A stretch of DNA of 64,000 bases from Octopus vulgaris (lineage: Eukaryota), in NCBI GenBank assembly GCA_951406725.2, contig OX597816.1, forward strand, positions 5,766,001-5,830,000, given 5' to 3'. This document shows, one piece after another, positions 38,023 to 51,662 of the stretch. Below the pieces are notes generated by a model that was not told the origin of the DNA, made no database searches, and saw only the letters and a program-made list of their open reading frames with translations. The translations under genes and the position numbers were made by a program. How positions within the stretch are numbered: position 1 is the first letter of the stretch; every line of letters begins with the position of its first letter.

Positions 38023-39018
38023 GTATTACGTTTTTTATGTGTGAGCTTATTTATTGCCGAACTTCCTTCCATATATTTATATATTGTCGTTTCTCTATTC
38101 TTGAATATGTTTTTATATTTATTATTCTCTCTGTTAAACCGCTTTCCGCAAAATATTTATCCTTATTATTAAAGTAACGACCTATTTCTGTAGGCTGATT
38201 TTATATCCGATTTTTGTAATTAATTTCAGAAATTCAAACTGTCTTGTGAAACACTTTACCCGAAGAACTGCGCTTCGAGATTTATGATACAACTGCATCT
38301 GTATCTTTCTGGATTTCATTTATGATTTTACAGGTCTGTTTATAACTAGCGTACCTCTTTGACATTGCGCTATTCCAACTATTCCAAACTAAAAGCACCT
38401 CACATTTTAACGCTGAAGTGTTAGAGGCACGAATTTGTCTCCGGAGAAATGTATATCACTTGTATACACTGTGAAGAATGTCAGCCTTGCCTAAACGACC
38501 CTCTCATCTGATTCAGAATTCATCCAAAATCTGGGGTGATGTGCCATACTCTCCCTATACGATTCAGGCTCAGAACACAAATTAACATTCAAGAAGACTT
38601 GAAAAATCACACACGTCGGTGTGATTGTCACTATACGTTCAGCTCTGTTTTTCTTTGAGATGTTCAGTACTCCCAGCATAGAGAGAGACTAATTCGTGTT
38701 TTCAGAGAATTGTTATCACATGATGCTATGGCTAAACATGACTTTTAAAAACGATATATTATGTTCAAGGGAAAAAAAACGAAAACAATATAAACGAACA
38801 AAGCAACAATGTTTGTAAGAGTATTTTTCCCAAACATAAAACCATAGCGTGTTTATTAACAAGTCACTAAAGAATGAGTCTCTGAAACCAAACAAGTTTC
38901 ATGAATCATTGTGTGTGTGTGTGTGTGTACATGCAAACATACATATATGTACATAACTAAATCTACATATATACATTCATGTACGAGTATATATATATAT
39001 ATATGTTTACATACATAG

Positions 39019-39074
<56 letters not shown>

Positions 39075-39355
39075 CTATGTATGTAAACATATATATATGT
39101 GTGTATGTGTGTGTGTGTACATGCAAACAATGTACATAACTAAATCTACGTATATGCTCTCATGTACGAGTATATATATATAAATATATGTATGTAAACA
39201 CATATATGTATGTGTGTGTGTATGTGTGTGCATGTATGTATGTATGTATGTATATCTACATATATGCATTTATGTATATAAATATATACGCATATATATA
39301 TGCATTTAGACATGTATATGTATATATATATATATACGTATATATGCACATATAG

Positions 39356-39423
<68 letters not shown>

Positions 39424-40487
39424 GTATATATGCGCATTTATACATATATATCTATATATGTGTATTTGTATGTATGTATGTATATATGTATGTATGTATA
39501 TATGTACATTATCATAAGATGAAATTACAGTACGCAGACTGTTTCCGTTTATTTTCGCAAAAGATCATAAACTGTGAAATATAGAATAAAACTTTATCAA
39601 CTGTAAAGAAAAGAATTTCTTTGAAATTAGTATCTGCTCGGCTCATAATTCTTCATTTAAATTCTAAAAATCAGCAGAAACTAAAAAAGATATTCCTGCA
39701 GTAAAAAAAATAATACCATGCTTGAAATGAATGGATTCTACCTGCCAAGAACGGAAGTTAAGAGCAGACCGTATTCTTTATTTTTCTACTATTCATTACT
39801 TAACTTTAAAGTATAAAACTCAATTATATTCTCTTATAAAGCATACAGAAAAGTCTTACAAGTCTAATAAGTCGATATATATTAATTTAGTTGTCCTCTT
39901 GTTAGTCACGTACTAATTTGGAAAGAAATATAAAGGAAAAAACATTGTAAAATATTCTAAAAATTCCTTTTGAATTTGAAATTAAATGTAATGCCATGTT
40001 GATAAATGAAGACTATGTTTTGAAATATTGGTCTGTAGGTAGCAAGAAAAAGAAATCCATGTCTGGATAGTAATAATTCTAAATTTATTTAGTGATGTGA
40101 GAGAAACCAAGAAATATTGAGACAGACGTCGCTAAAGAAAGAAGCCCAAATAGAGCAGAATGTTAAGATGTATTTAGAATTTTAATGTTTCTCTCAACTT
40201 TTTAATGTTTCTCCCAACTTTCTGAATTCCAATGCTTTTATTTGCGTTTAATCAATCTGCGAGCGATCAAGTGCATCGCAGTAATGTTATTTAATTATTC
40301 TATCACGACCGTTTAGATTTCTGCGACAAATGTTAGCCTGCAGCAGAGCATTCGTAAAATATGTTTTAAAGTCCAATTCTTTGTTGCGTTTGTCTTCTAA
40401 AACAAGATTTATCCACAATAGTTTCTCAATATAGCATGGAGATACATCGCCATATGAAGCACAATATATTTCACACTTTCATTATTT

Positions 40488-40539
<52 letters not shown>

Positions 40540-40547
40540 TAAATGCA

Positions 40548-40689
40548 CAGGCGATCGATGCGAAATGGTAAGAAGCACACTTCTCAACCATATGGTTCTG
40601 GGTTCAGTCTCACTGTGTGCCTTGTACTGTAGCCTCGGGCTGACCAAAATCTGGCAATGGATTCATAGACGGAAACTGATAGAATCCTG

Positions 40690-40690
<1 letters not shown>
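40548..40690 (+). mobile_element. Family A SINE 5' fragment
   Basis: ATGGTTCTGGGTTCAGTCTCACTG...AGCCTCGGGCTGACC...AGACGGAAACTGA. Confidence 0.6.
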
Positions 40691-40737
<47 letters not shown>

Positions 40738-40775
40738 GGAAAGGGCAAGTTATATCCGTGCGTGTGTATGTGTGC

Positions 40776-40837
<62 letters not shown>

Positions 40838-41124
40838 ACGCGCGAGTGATGGCCGTCCACTCGTGACCGAAGAAGACCAACCCTGACTATGAAGCATTAA
40901 TAGTTGTGCAATGTTTCAGATCAAATATGGTTTGTGCGACACCTCAAAGACTTCTCCTCACTATTGGCACGAACAACGCAGAAGCCAAGACACGGCATCT
41001 AGTACCAATACGGATCGTTGACTCAGGAATGCGGCAGCGCCTTGATCTCAAGCACAAGCAAAGATCTCCCAAATGTCCAATGGTTTCCCGCGCATATCCA
41101 ATTGGTATCAGACCTTCTCATAAA

Positions 41125-42200
41125 CAGATTATGAAGAAATTGCCAAGGCACCTCCTCCATACACCTTCAATATACTCTCTAAATTCAATGCCAGAGTTTT
41201 CCTCTGGTCTTTGGTAGAGTTGTTTTTTCTAAGCATATCATTACAGAGTTTGCATAAACGGGAGCAAATCTCGTTCACGTCGCCGTTTTTCTAACTTGGA
41301 TGTAATTCTTTGCATTGAAAATAATGTGTTATTTTCAATGATAGGTTTGACTGCGTCTAATATATTGGGTTGTCCGGAAAATTCGTGCCGATTTTTAAAG
41401 GAAAGAAAAAGGTCAACAAATACTTGCCATTATATTCTTTATCAACCAAATATGAGCCATTTTGTTGCACAATGCTTCTTCATCTTTCCTTTAACTTGAA
41501 AATACTCTCTTCTCAGAATTGAGGTGGTTTCATGACAAAGAATTAATCAAGGTATCTTTTTACATCATCCACGTCATCCAAGGAATTGAAATTTTTACCA
41601 TTAAGACTATTCTGCAGACTTGAATAAGTGGAAATCCGAAGAAGAAATATCTGGTGAATATGGAGGGTGGGGTAACAAATCCCAGCCGAGCTGCAGCAAT
41701 TTTTGTCTGGTCCCCAAAGCATCAAGTGCCGAAAATGAACTTTCTTATCTTCCATTATAAAGGGTTACAGAATTAACACAGGTTATAGGAACATAAATTT
41801 TCTTCCACGAAAAGATAGCTTAAACTGTGCTCTAATTGGGGGTGTAGTCAAATCCTATTTTATGAACTCAACCATGTTCTAAAAGAATTCGTAATGTAAG
41901 CTACTATAAATCGGCATGAACTTTCTGGACAACCCAATAAATGTCACGGTGAATTTACAGGGAATCATTTCTCTATGTTTTCCCACTCAGTATGTAATCG
42001 CCTTTATTCCTAAATCATGTGGAATATTGGTGTATAGGCTTACTGCATCAAAACTAAGTAAAAGTGAATTCGATTCCGTTCTTTTAACAAAATTGGAAGA
42101 GTGTTTCACTGCCAGCACGCCGGACACCAATCCGGAAATTCTAAGAGCCCAGGGATTCAGCCTTTTTATAAGGTTTTGTTTTCAATCCTGCTGGGTTTTC
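41125..42200 (-). mobile_element. Penelope-like RT fragment (paralog of 43975-44335), split by a mariner
   Basis: IPHDLGIKAI...ENNT...TRFAPVYAN...EGVWRRCLGNFFII, a degenerate version of the GTAMG..FAP.YAN and WxRYxDD motifs. Confidence 0.75.
41365..41937 (-). mobile_element. Internally deleted mariner (573 bp) with TIRs and TA TSD
   Basis: TIR TTGGGTTGTCCGGAAAATTCGTGCCGATTT / AAATCGGCATGAACTTTCTGGACAACCCAA. Internal LPHPPYSPDISSSDFHLF and LQNSLNGKNFNSLDDV. Confidence 0.9.
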
Positions 42201-42354
42201 TAGTGATAGTACTGATTTAGATGTCGACCAAATATATACGTGTGTGTGTGTGCATTGCATTCAATTATAATTATCCAGAAATTTTACATTTCAATCAAGT
42301 CGATGTTGATATGGTTGACATTATTACCACAATCACCATCGCCTTTACATTTAT

Positions 42355-42600
42355 AATCGTTGTTGTTGTTGTTGTTGTTGTTGCTAGTAGTAGTAGTAGT
42401 TGTTGTTGTTGTAGTTGTTGTTGTAGTAGTTGTTGTTGTAGCAGTAGTTATTGTATCAGTGCAGCAGCAGTAGTAGTGATAGTAGCAGCAGCAGCAGCAT
42501 CAGTAGTAGTAGTCGCAGCAGTAGTTATAATTATTATTCTTATCCTCATTACAATTATCACCGTTACTATTACTGTTACTACTGTTGTTATTATTATTGT
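42355..42600. repeat. Compound trinucleotide tract (GTT/GTA/GCA/TTA)
   Basis: Direct reading. Confidence 0.9.
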
Positions 42601-43546
42601 CCATTTAAAACGGGTTTGAATTTATCAATAAAATTTTTTTTCTTTGACTTTTCACTCCATTTCACTTGAGTTGTGTAATTTCTAGAATAGGAATATTATA
42701 AACTGTTGCCAGATGGTTGCCTAAAGGGATGCCTGACGGACATCAGGGTCCCTAATTTGCTGTCGGTGCACATGTGAACGTTCCTATAATTCATTCTCCG
42801 TCTGACCAACGTATATCCCTCCACAATCCGGGCATTTGATGCTGTAACTTAAAATTCTGCCTTTGCAGTTCATATTTGCATTTGCAAATATTCTTCCAGA
42901 TTTTGTGTTCCTATATTGACCGGTTCGTATGAGCTGATTGATTGTACCACATCGATTATCGTTGCATTTCGATACAATGAATGATTCGTCGTTGTTGCTT
43001 AGGTCAAACTTTGCATTTGGTAATAATTTTTTCAAGTCTTTTACTCAGAATCATGGCTCGATCTGTGATTATATCCTTCAATTCATTACTTTCGGCAATG
43101 ACCGATAAGCTTGCTTTGTCAATGTGAAAGATATTTTGGTGACACGGATTGTGTGTCACAATAAATGGTATGATTTGTTCTTGTTTTCCTCTTTTGGAGG
43201 TTGCCCTAAGTTGCTGGGGTATTTCTATGGGTATTTCTATAGTACTCTATATACCATTTTCTATAAATAGAGACGGGTAGTTTTGCTTAAGTAGAAATTC
43301 TTTGAGTTCTGTTAGGCGTGTGTTTCTGGTATTCACATTTTCCACAATGCTACAAAATTTTCTGGCTATGCAGTATAGGATATTGCATCTTGTATGTGTT
43401 GGATGGCACAATTTATAGTATATATCAGTGGTGATGGTAGTGTCACTTTTAATTATTCTTATGCCTAAAAATGGTAATTTGGTATAACTCATTACCTTTG
43501 CAAAATTGGAGAATTTGGTGCCGATTGTTCAAGACGATATTAAATA

Positions 43547-43751
43547 AGGTGGCGAGCTGGCAGAAACGGTATTTCGTCTGCCTTTACGTTCTGAGTTCAA
43601 ATTCCGCCGAGGTCGACTTTACCTTTCATCCTTTCGGGGTCGATAAATTAAGTACCAGTTACGCACTGGGTTCGATGTAATCGACTTAATCCGTTTGTCT
43701 GTCCTTGTTTGTCCTCTCTGTGTTTAGTCCCTTGTGGGTAGTAAAGAAATA
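43547..43751 (+). mobile_element. Nin-SINE
   Basis: Consensus match; TSD GATATTAAAT. Confidence 0.85.
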
Positions 43752-43781
43752 GATATTAAATTCTCCCAGTGTGTCTAGAGA

Positions 43782-43960
43782 TTTTTTTCTACTCTAGATG
43801 CAAGACCAGACATTTTGGGGGAGGAGGCCAGTCGATTAGACCTCGAAAGGATGAAAGGCAAAGTCGACCACGGCGGAATTAGAACTCAGAACGTAAAGAC
43901 AGACGAAATAACGCTAAGCATTTAGCCCTGCGTGCTAACATTTCTGCCAGCTGGCCGCCT
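43782..43960 (-). mobile_element. Nin-SINE (deleted variant)
   Basis: Reverse head and GGATGAAAGGCAAAGTCGAC; flanking direct repeat GTGTCTAGAG. Confidence 0.8.
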
Positions 43961-44542
43961 TAGAGTGTCTAGAGGTTTTGTCCAGACTATGAAGCAATTC
44001 TCAAGGCATCTCTTCCATTCACCTTCAATATAACTTCTAAATTCAATACCGTAGTTTTCCTCTGCTATTTGGTAGTGATGTTTTTCTAAGTATACCATTA
44101 CGGAGTCAGCATAAACGAGAGCAAGTCTCGTTCACATCGCCGTTCTTTTTTTACTTGGATGTAATTCTTTTATTGAAAATAATATTATTTTCAAGGATAG
44201 GTTTGACTGTGTCTAATATAAATGTCACGGTGAATCTACAGGGAATCACGTCTCTATGTTTTCTCACCGAGTATGTAATCGCCTTTATTCCTAAATCATG
44301 TGGAATATTGGTGTAAAAATGAATTCGATTCCGTCGTTTTGGGAAGGGTGGGACAGGAAGACGATGTCATCCCGGATGAGACTAGGTGTGTGGGTACAAA
44401 ATGGTTTCAAAATAATGTCAATAAAATTGTTTAGACGGTGGTCAAGGCATGCTAGACCCTCTTTAATAGGTCTGCCTTTTAGGTATTTTGGGCGTAGTAA
44501 TCTTATGTACTCACTTTCTTGTTACTGCATTGTATCATTTAC

Positions 44543-44767
44543 CTCTTTTACTTGTTTAAGTAATTTGATTGTGGCCATGCTGGAGCACCGCTTTTAGTCG
44601 AGCAAATCGACTCCAGGACTTATTCTCTGTAAGCCTAGTACTTATTCTATCGGTTTCTTTTGCCGAACCGCAACGTTACGGGGACGTAAACACACCAGCA
44701 TCGGTTTACAAGCGATGTTGGTGGGACAAACACAGACGCTCAAACATATACACACACATACATACTA

Positions 44768-44806
<39 letters not shown>

Positions 44807-44967
44807 CATATATACGACGGGCTTCTTTCAGTTTCCGTCTACCAAATCCACTCACAAGTCTTTGGTCGGTCCGGGGCTATAGTAGAAGACACTTGCACAA
44901 GGTGCCACGCAGTGGGACTGAACCCGGAACCATGTAGTTGGTAAGCAAGCTACTTACCACACAGCCA
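44543..44967 (-). mobile_element. CORE-type SINE (family A)
   Basis: Near consensus. Confidence 0.88.
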
Positions 44968-45717
44968 ATCCATGTTGAATTTCTTTTCACTTGTGTAATT
45001 TTGGTAAGCCATAGAAGCTGGGTTTGGGCTTGAAATTGGTGATGTAATCTCTTTCCTTTATTGGCAAGGGGGTTGTAGTGTTTTGAAACCAGGATACAGA
45101 CCTTCTTCAGGATGTGGATCTACATCTGAAAGTATTTCACTGTAGAATGATGTGCCCTTGAATTAATCCTCAACTAAATCTCTGTAGCATTCGGTATCCA
45201 TTATAACAATTGCACCCCTTCATCTGCTTCTTCAATGTTTATTGTGTTATCCTTTTGTAGGCGCTTAAGTGCAGACATCTTTGATTTAATATTTGGCCCA
45301 ACATTAGCATGGTGTATAAGGGAAAATTTAGACAGTTTAATAATATATTGGTTATTCTTTCCTTTTGGCGGGGTGAATTTTGATTTATTCCTTACAACGT
45401 TATTAGCAAAGAATTCAACAAGTAATTTCCGACAGAATATTTGGATATCCTCCTGCAATCCTTGGTGTTTGACTGTTGGCGTAGGTGTGAATTTCAGTCC
45501 GTTCCCCAAACGTTGGTGTTCATCATTGTCTAAATTTCTTTTAGATAAATTATTTTAGGGTCTATACGTTCGGTTCTTTGGGATATGCTTCCTCTTGGAT
45601 TTTTTTCTGCATAGTTATGTATGTCTATACATACATACATAAATACATACATACATACATACATGTGTGTATGATTATATATATAAACGTATCGGATTCT
45701 TCATCGAAATGACAGAA

Positions 45718-45759
<42 letters not shown>

Positions 45760-47871
45760 CTCTCTCTCTCAACTCACTCAACCATGAAACCAATGATTGA
45801 CGTTTGGAAACATTCCATATTAAAAATAGTCTACAAATTCCAGGAAACAAAACTAAAAACCAAAGACAGCAACGCCGAATAATTACCCATTCTATATAAC
45901 ATTTTGACGCTGACAACTGAACACTATTTCCTCTGTTTTAAAATCTTTCTCAGTCAATTTCAGCGTGAAAATCATTTGTTCTGGTTCATTTCATGACACA
46001 ATAGAATAAACGTTGCACAGATGTGCAGTAAAATTGCGCAATAATTTATGGTTTTGGCACTTCTTTAACCGAGTGGAACTGGAAGCAAGTGTTTTAAAGA
46101 GAAAACGAAACGCATCTGGCCAGACGAAACTGAAGAGTGGTTTAAATCTATTTTATTTATTTAACCACCTTTGTGAATGTCATAAACAAATATTCTCTTC
46201 CGGAACAAACGTTAGATTAGTCTGGACGAGGACAGTATGCACGTGATCGCCGGAAGTCGTTCAAGATCTGTGAGATTGAAGTGGATAACGTGTCTCTTGT
46301 GGGTTCTTAAAGAGACAAGTAAGGCATAAAACTAGTTGATTTCGAGAGCTTAGGACACAAATGTTTGGTTTCAGATTCTGTAGTGTTTGTATGGAATGTG
46401 TGTGTGCGAGAGCAAAGGAGAATAATGAAAGTTCAAAGTCAGAACGAATCATACTTTTATAGGAAAATTTTATGTGACAACTGTCGTCCATGCAGCAATA
46501 GATATGGTCATAGAGTGTTTAATAGCTAAAGGAGCTGAAGGAGGATTAAAGAAGCAAATATATTTGAAGGTGTTTGAGAGGAAGACATTAACCCAGTGCA
46601 ACTGAAAGTGATTTTTACGCATACCCTGTAATTTATCTTGCATGTGGAAGAGAGAGAGTTGAGCCAAGTATCTATGTTGAAAAATACACAAAGGAAAAGG
46701 CCACAAAAATATTCAGGATAGATGAATAAGCGAAAAGACACAACGACAAATTTGATCAATATTAAACATATCTCTGCTGTTCTGGGAATGATATTTCAAA
46801 CTTTGAAGTTGTATGTAGAGAAAAAAAAATATCTAAAATAGTTTTTCAAAATAAATCAGGTACATGTTCTCTGAACATCTATGTTAAAATGTACAAAGGA
46901 AGAAAAATATAGTTCTTTTTTCTTTATCTTCTCTCAGTGATATTTATTGAGCGAATTTATGTTCTTATGGATATATGGTGAATACATCCACGAATACAAA
47001 TATAGTCGTATGTACATATATTTATGTACATAGGTAATAAACGAGATATTCATAGACGTACAGAAAACTCATATGCTTCGTCGATGGAAACTACCTTCCA
47101 AAGTTTTAGACACTCCACGACGTACATAGATGCAATTAATTTTATTGGTTTCTTCCTCATTTTATCCGTTCTACCAGATCTTCATTGGTTGGTTCAATTG
47201 TGTTTTATCTAAATGTCGTGAATTTATTTACACATGTGCGTCCGATTCCGTGATTGTTTTACTTTTGAAAACGCTGGTTTCCAGCATTCCTATAGGTTCT
47301 GGTACTCTTCTGGTTTGAACCCATTAGACTAGAATAGGGTGTCCTTAGGACCAAACAGCAACAAGGGTTACCGTCGTAGACGTAATGGACACCTACAGTA
47401 TACAGATATTTGTTTAAATCAGTTCGTGGTCTAAGCGTTGTAAATAAGATGCGTGCGTTTTGACAATGGCAGACAAGCTTGTTATCACGTCATTTATAAT
47501 GATTAAGTGATTCGTTTGTGATGAATGAATGAAGTCTTTGAAAAAAGTAAAGATAAGTTTGCTTGGCCTAAGTGTTTGTCGCTTTTCTCATTTAACATTG
47601 TTTCATGAAAACTTATTTTAACACTTGTATACATTCAATAGACCAACGCTATTTATACTACCGTCTACTTTGGTGGCCACATGATTACAACTTTTATTCA
47701 TCCCTCTCACTGTATCTCTGTCTGTTGCCCTGCCAAATATTTTCCTGTCCATCATTTGGCACTCAACACATATATATTCTTAATTGCCTCCCTACAGAAA
47801 CTCATCGAATTTGTCGTTTAAAGGTGTAAACTATTTAAGATTTTAGAATTTCTAATTATACAATAATATAA

Positions 47872-48270
47872 GGCGACGAGCTGGCAGAATCGTTAGCACG
47901 CCGGCCGAAATGCTTAGCGGTATTTCGTCTTCCGCTACGTTCTGAGTTCAAATTCCGCCGAGGTCGACTTTGCCTTTCATCCTTTTGGGGTCGATTAAAT
48001 AAGTACCAGTTACGCACTGGGGTCGATGTAATCGACTTAGTCCGTTTGTCTGTCCTTGTTTGCTCTCTCTGTATTTAGCCCCTTGTGGGTAGTAAAGAAA
48101 TAGGTATTTCGTCTGTCTTTACGTTCTGAGTTCAAATTCTGCCGAGGTCGACTTTGCCTTTCATCCTTTTGGGGTCGATTAAATAAGTACCAGTTACGTA
48201 CCGGGGTCGATCTACTCGACTAGCCTGCTTCCCACCAAAATTTAGGGCCTTGTGCCCAGAGTAGAAAAGA
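47872..48270 (+). mobile_element. Nin-SINE, head plus two units (second unit has the alternative tail)
   Basis: Unit period 184 bp (GTATTTCGTC at 47920 and 48104); TSD AATTA(T/C)ACAATAATATAT. Confidence 0.88.
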
Positions 48271-48492
48271 ATTACACAATAATATATTTGCACTGGAAAG
48301 GAAAAACAAAATAAAAAGAATTTTGCACCAAAGGCAATATAAGAGTTTCTCTCATGGTATCTATCGCAGTCTAGATTGTTCTAACAGGGCTTCCACATTT
48401 AAGTGGGGATGAAAATTACCCCTCTCTATTAATACTGCCTCTGTCGCTAATATATATTTGATAACCTTAACTTTGTATATCATATATATATG

Positions 48493-48570
<78 letters not shown>

Positions 48571-48705
48571 TAGTTGAATGAATTATCCTAGTCTGGATAA
48601 TTCGGTTAACCGATACCTGGGTGGCAAATTCACGTCAGAAAAACACGGTTGAAGCTACATGCCAAGGGCAGAGATCACGTGCTTTCGTGTGGAAATTTGT
48701 GTTTT

Positions 48706-48940
48706 TTTCATGAAAGAATAGAGTTGAAAGACGATTTAACAAAATTCCTTTATTCTCGACATATGTTTCGAAGGCTGCATATTCCTAATTTCATCAGGAA
48801 AGACAAGGAACTTATGTCAGCATCAAGATGAACAAAAACTCTTAGATGACTGCCCACGCGGAGTCCATAGCCATAATTCGAAACATATGTCGAGAATAAA
48901 GGAATTTTGTTAAATCATCTTTCAACTCCATTCTTTCATT
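48706..48940. repeat. Inverted repeat (~65-bp arms) between (TA)n tracts, with a hammerhead-like core on the minus strand
   Basis: GAGTTGAAAGACGATTTAACAAAATTCCTTTATTCTCGACATATGTTTCGAA is mirrored at ~48877-48940. Minus strand CUGAUGA...GAAA-cauaug-UC at ~48755-48800; stem II is poor. Confidence 0.75.
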
Positions 48941-48947
48941 TATTTGT

Positions 48948-49010
<63 letters not shown>

Positions 49011-49304
49011 AACAACTCATAGCCAAAGTAACGCACGACTTATTTAGTGACAAGGGAGGCAAGCACCGGGCATAGACGGATCTTCAGTGATTTCGCATTT
49101 ACATTAATGCTCGTCAGTGGCTCTTATCAGACTTATCAGCGCTTTGGGTTGATCTCAGCTCGCCTAGTCAGCTTATAAGATCACCGTTGAAATCATAAAC
49201 TGTTTTCATAAAATGGTAAACTGTGAAAATTCTAAATAAGAAGGTTGGCTTGTAAGCAATTTTTGAACCGAAACCAAAAATATATACGTCATTAAAACAA
49301 CTGC

Positions 49305-49472
49305 AAGACACCAACCGGTCCTTGTGTGTTTACGTCCTTGTAAGAGGCAAAGAGAATAAGCACCAAGCTTAAAATACACACAAGTACTGGGGTTGATTCG
49401 TTCGACTAAAAATTCTTCAAGGTGATGTCCCAGCATGGCCGCAATCTAATGACTGAAACAAGTTAAAGATAA
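49305..49472 (+). mobile_element. Family A SINE 3' fragment
   Basis: Tail CCAGCATGGCCGCAATCTAATGACTGAAACAAG. Confidence 0.65.
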
Positions 49473-49570
49473 AACATGGATGTATTATAAGCGTTCATTA
49501 CGAAGATAGGCTAAAATTGCATTAAAATATCTTAAACTAATATTGTTTTAAAATACGTCCACCTTCCAGC

Positions 49571-49605
<35 letters not shown>

Positions 49606-50015
49606 CCCCTCCTCCTGTTCCTCCTCCTCCCCTCTCGCATGTATTTCTCCGTTAGTGATTAATCAACCAACGAGATTACCTCTTACCAGAAGAATATCAT
49701 ATTAATACTATGTGTGTACGACAATATGTGTCCCAATGTGCGAGTGTGTTTGTCTTATATCCTTACGTTCGTTTGTGACAAATACAATTATATTAATCAG
49801 TTTATTATGTTCTATTAAGTTTTGATTATGAAATTATTTTGCATATCGTATCGTATTATATATTAATTATGTATTATAGCATATAATATAATATTTTATT
49901 CCATCTGCTCGCAGAATATAATATCTATGATATAAAGTATAATCAGTCCAAATTAGATAGGTTCTGTTTGTGTTTTTATGTTTGTATAACATGTAAATCT
50001 CATGTGTGTGTGTCT

Positions 50016-50052
<37 letters not shown>

Positions 50053-50116
50053 ATATATATATATATATATATAAATATAAATATATATAGGTGCGGATAT
50101 ATATATATATATATAT

Positions 50117-50272
50117 AGGTGTGGGTATGGCTGTGTAGTATGAAGCTTGGTTTCTAACCACATGGTACCGAGTTCAGTCTCATTGTGTGGCACCTTGGGC
50201 AGTATTTATAGTAGACGCCAATGCCTTGAGAATCGGATTTTGGTAGATGGAAACTGAAAGAAGCCCGTCGTA
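50117..50272 (+). mobile_element. Family A SINE 5' half
   Basis: TGGCTGTGTAG...GAGTTCAGTCTC...GGCACCTTGGGCAG...GGAAACTGAAAGAAGCCCGTCG. Confidence 0.7.
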
Positions 50273-50753
50273 TATGTGTATACGTGATTGGGTTTCTTTT
50301 TGCTTTAACGAACAAGGGAGAGTGACAAAAACAAACTGAATAGAATGTAAGTATAGAAACCATGCAAAATATATATTACACAAGCAAAGTAAGGCCTTGC
50401 CATTGTAAAACAAGACGAATATATGTGTATGGCAAGGAAAATGTCCTTTAGGATAGGAAACGTAAATAACGAGTTGTGAAAGAACAAACTGTGTTGAAAA
50501 TAGATGAGAAGAGAGACGTGTGATTGATGAGCTTTGGCGATCAGACGAAAAAGATGGAGAAGAGAGATGAGAATGACCACGGGTTACGTAGCAGTGGAAG
50601 GAGAAAGAATAGGTGGTAGAAAGTGGAAGGAGAGAGGGGAAAGTGGTTGAGAGAGGGGAGAAGAGAGAGGGGAAAGGGAGAGGGGAGGCAAAAGAGAGAG
50701 AAGATGCAAAAGAGAGAGAGAGAGAGGGAAGCAAAAGAGAGAGAGAGGGAAGC

Positions 50754-50793
<40 letters not shown>

Positions 50794-51572
50794 GACATCG
50801 CACAAAAAATATTCAACAGAAATAGAAGCGTACATTAAATAATAGATTTTACAATTTGAACAGAAATGAAAGAGAGGAACCAATGGAAAATTCACGCACG
50901 GGACAGGACGTTGCTAATCCTCATCAGTTATTGGGGCAAAAAATCCTTACGATTTCATGCCTTAAGCGATAATATTGTTCACTTCCGGCGGCGGAGAGTG
51001 ACGAAAAAAAAAGAAGACGCCGAAATGTGAACATAGAAATAATACAAGATAAATGTGTAACACAAGGGAAAATTCCGATAGGACTAGAAACGGAAATAAC
51101 ATGTGATGGAAAAACAAACAGTGTTGAAAGTAGATGAGAAGAGACAAAGGCTGAATGATCAGGCGCAAAGGGAGGTGGAGAAGAAAGATGGGAATGACGA
51201 CGAGAAGAAGGTAGATGCAAAAGAGTGGGGCCCCTCTCCGTCTCATTATCCTACAACTGGTTTATTTATGGGTCTTTTGCTGGTTTTAGTCTTTTTTTCC
51301 TTTTCTTTTACCCTTCTTTTTCATCTGCTTTCTCGCGTTTTCTCGCAATTTCTCATGTTTCAGAGCCCTAATTTGTAAATTGAATAAGGCCCTGTACTCA
51401 GAGCTTTGGATTACTTGGAGACACAAGGGATCTGCTACAAAACCTGCCGAGATTAGTGTCACCAATGCACGAAATTATGAATAGCTCTTATCTTCATATT
51501 CTGTATATTAAATTATATTATCGCTCACCGAATGGAGTGCTTGAGTTGTTCTTACCTTAACGGAACAGGAAA

Positions 51573-51662
<90 letters not shown>

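Larger units (their letters stand above)
42680..45600 (-). mobile_element. Near-full-length decayed Penelope-like element (N-terminus, RT, thumb, GIY-YIG) with nested SINEs
   Basis: LGNGLKFTPTP...IEEADEG (45201-45512, KxADKG-like); RT at 43975-44335; LPFLGIRI...TDIYYK...HPTHT (43247-43492); ILSYSIKCPDCGGIYVGQT (42784-43035). Confidence 0.85.

Noticed and set aside
42221-42669. Hydrophobic or Cys/Ser-rich ORFs resembling membrane proteins (also 56350-56761 and 60783-61128)
   Set aside because: Products of trinucleotide microsatellites.
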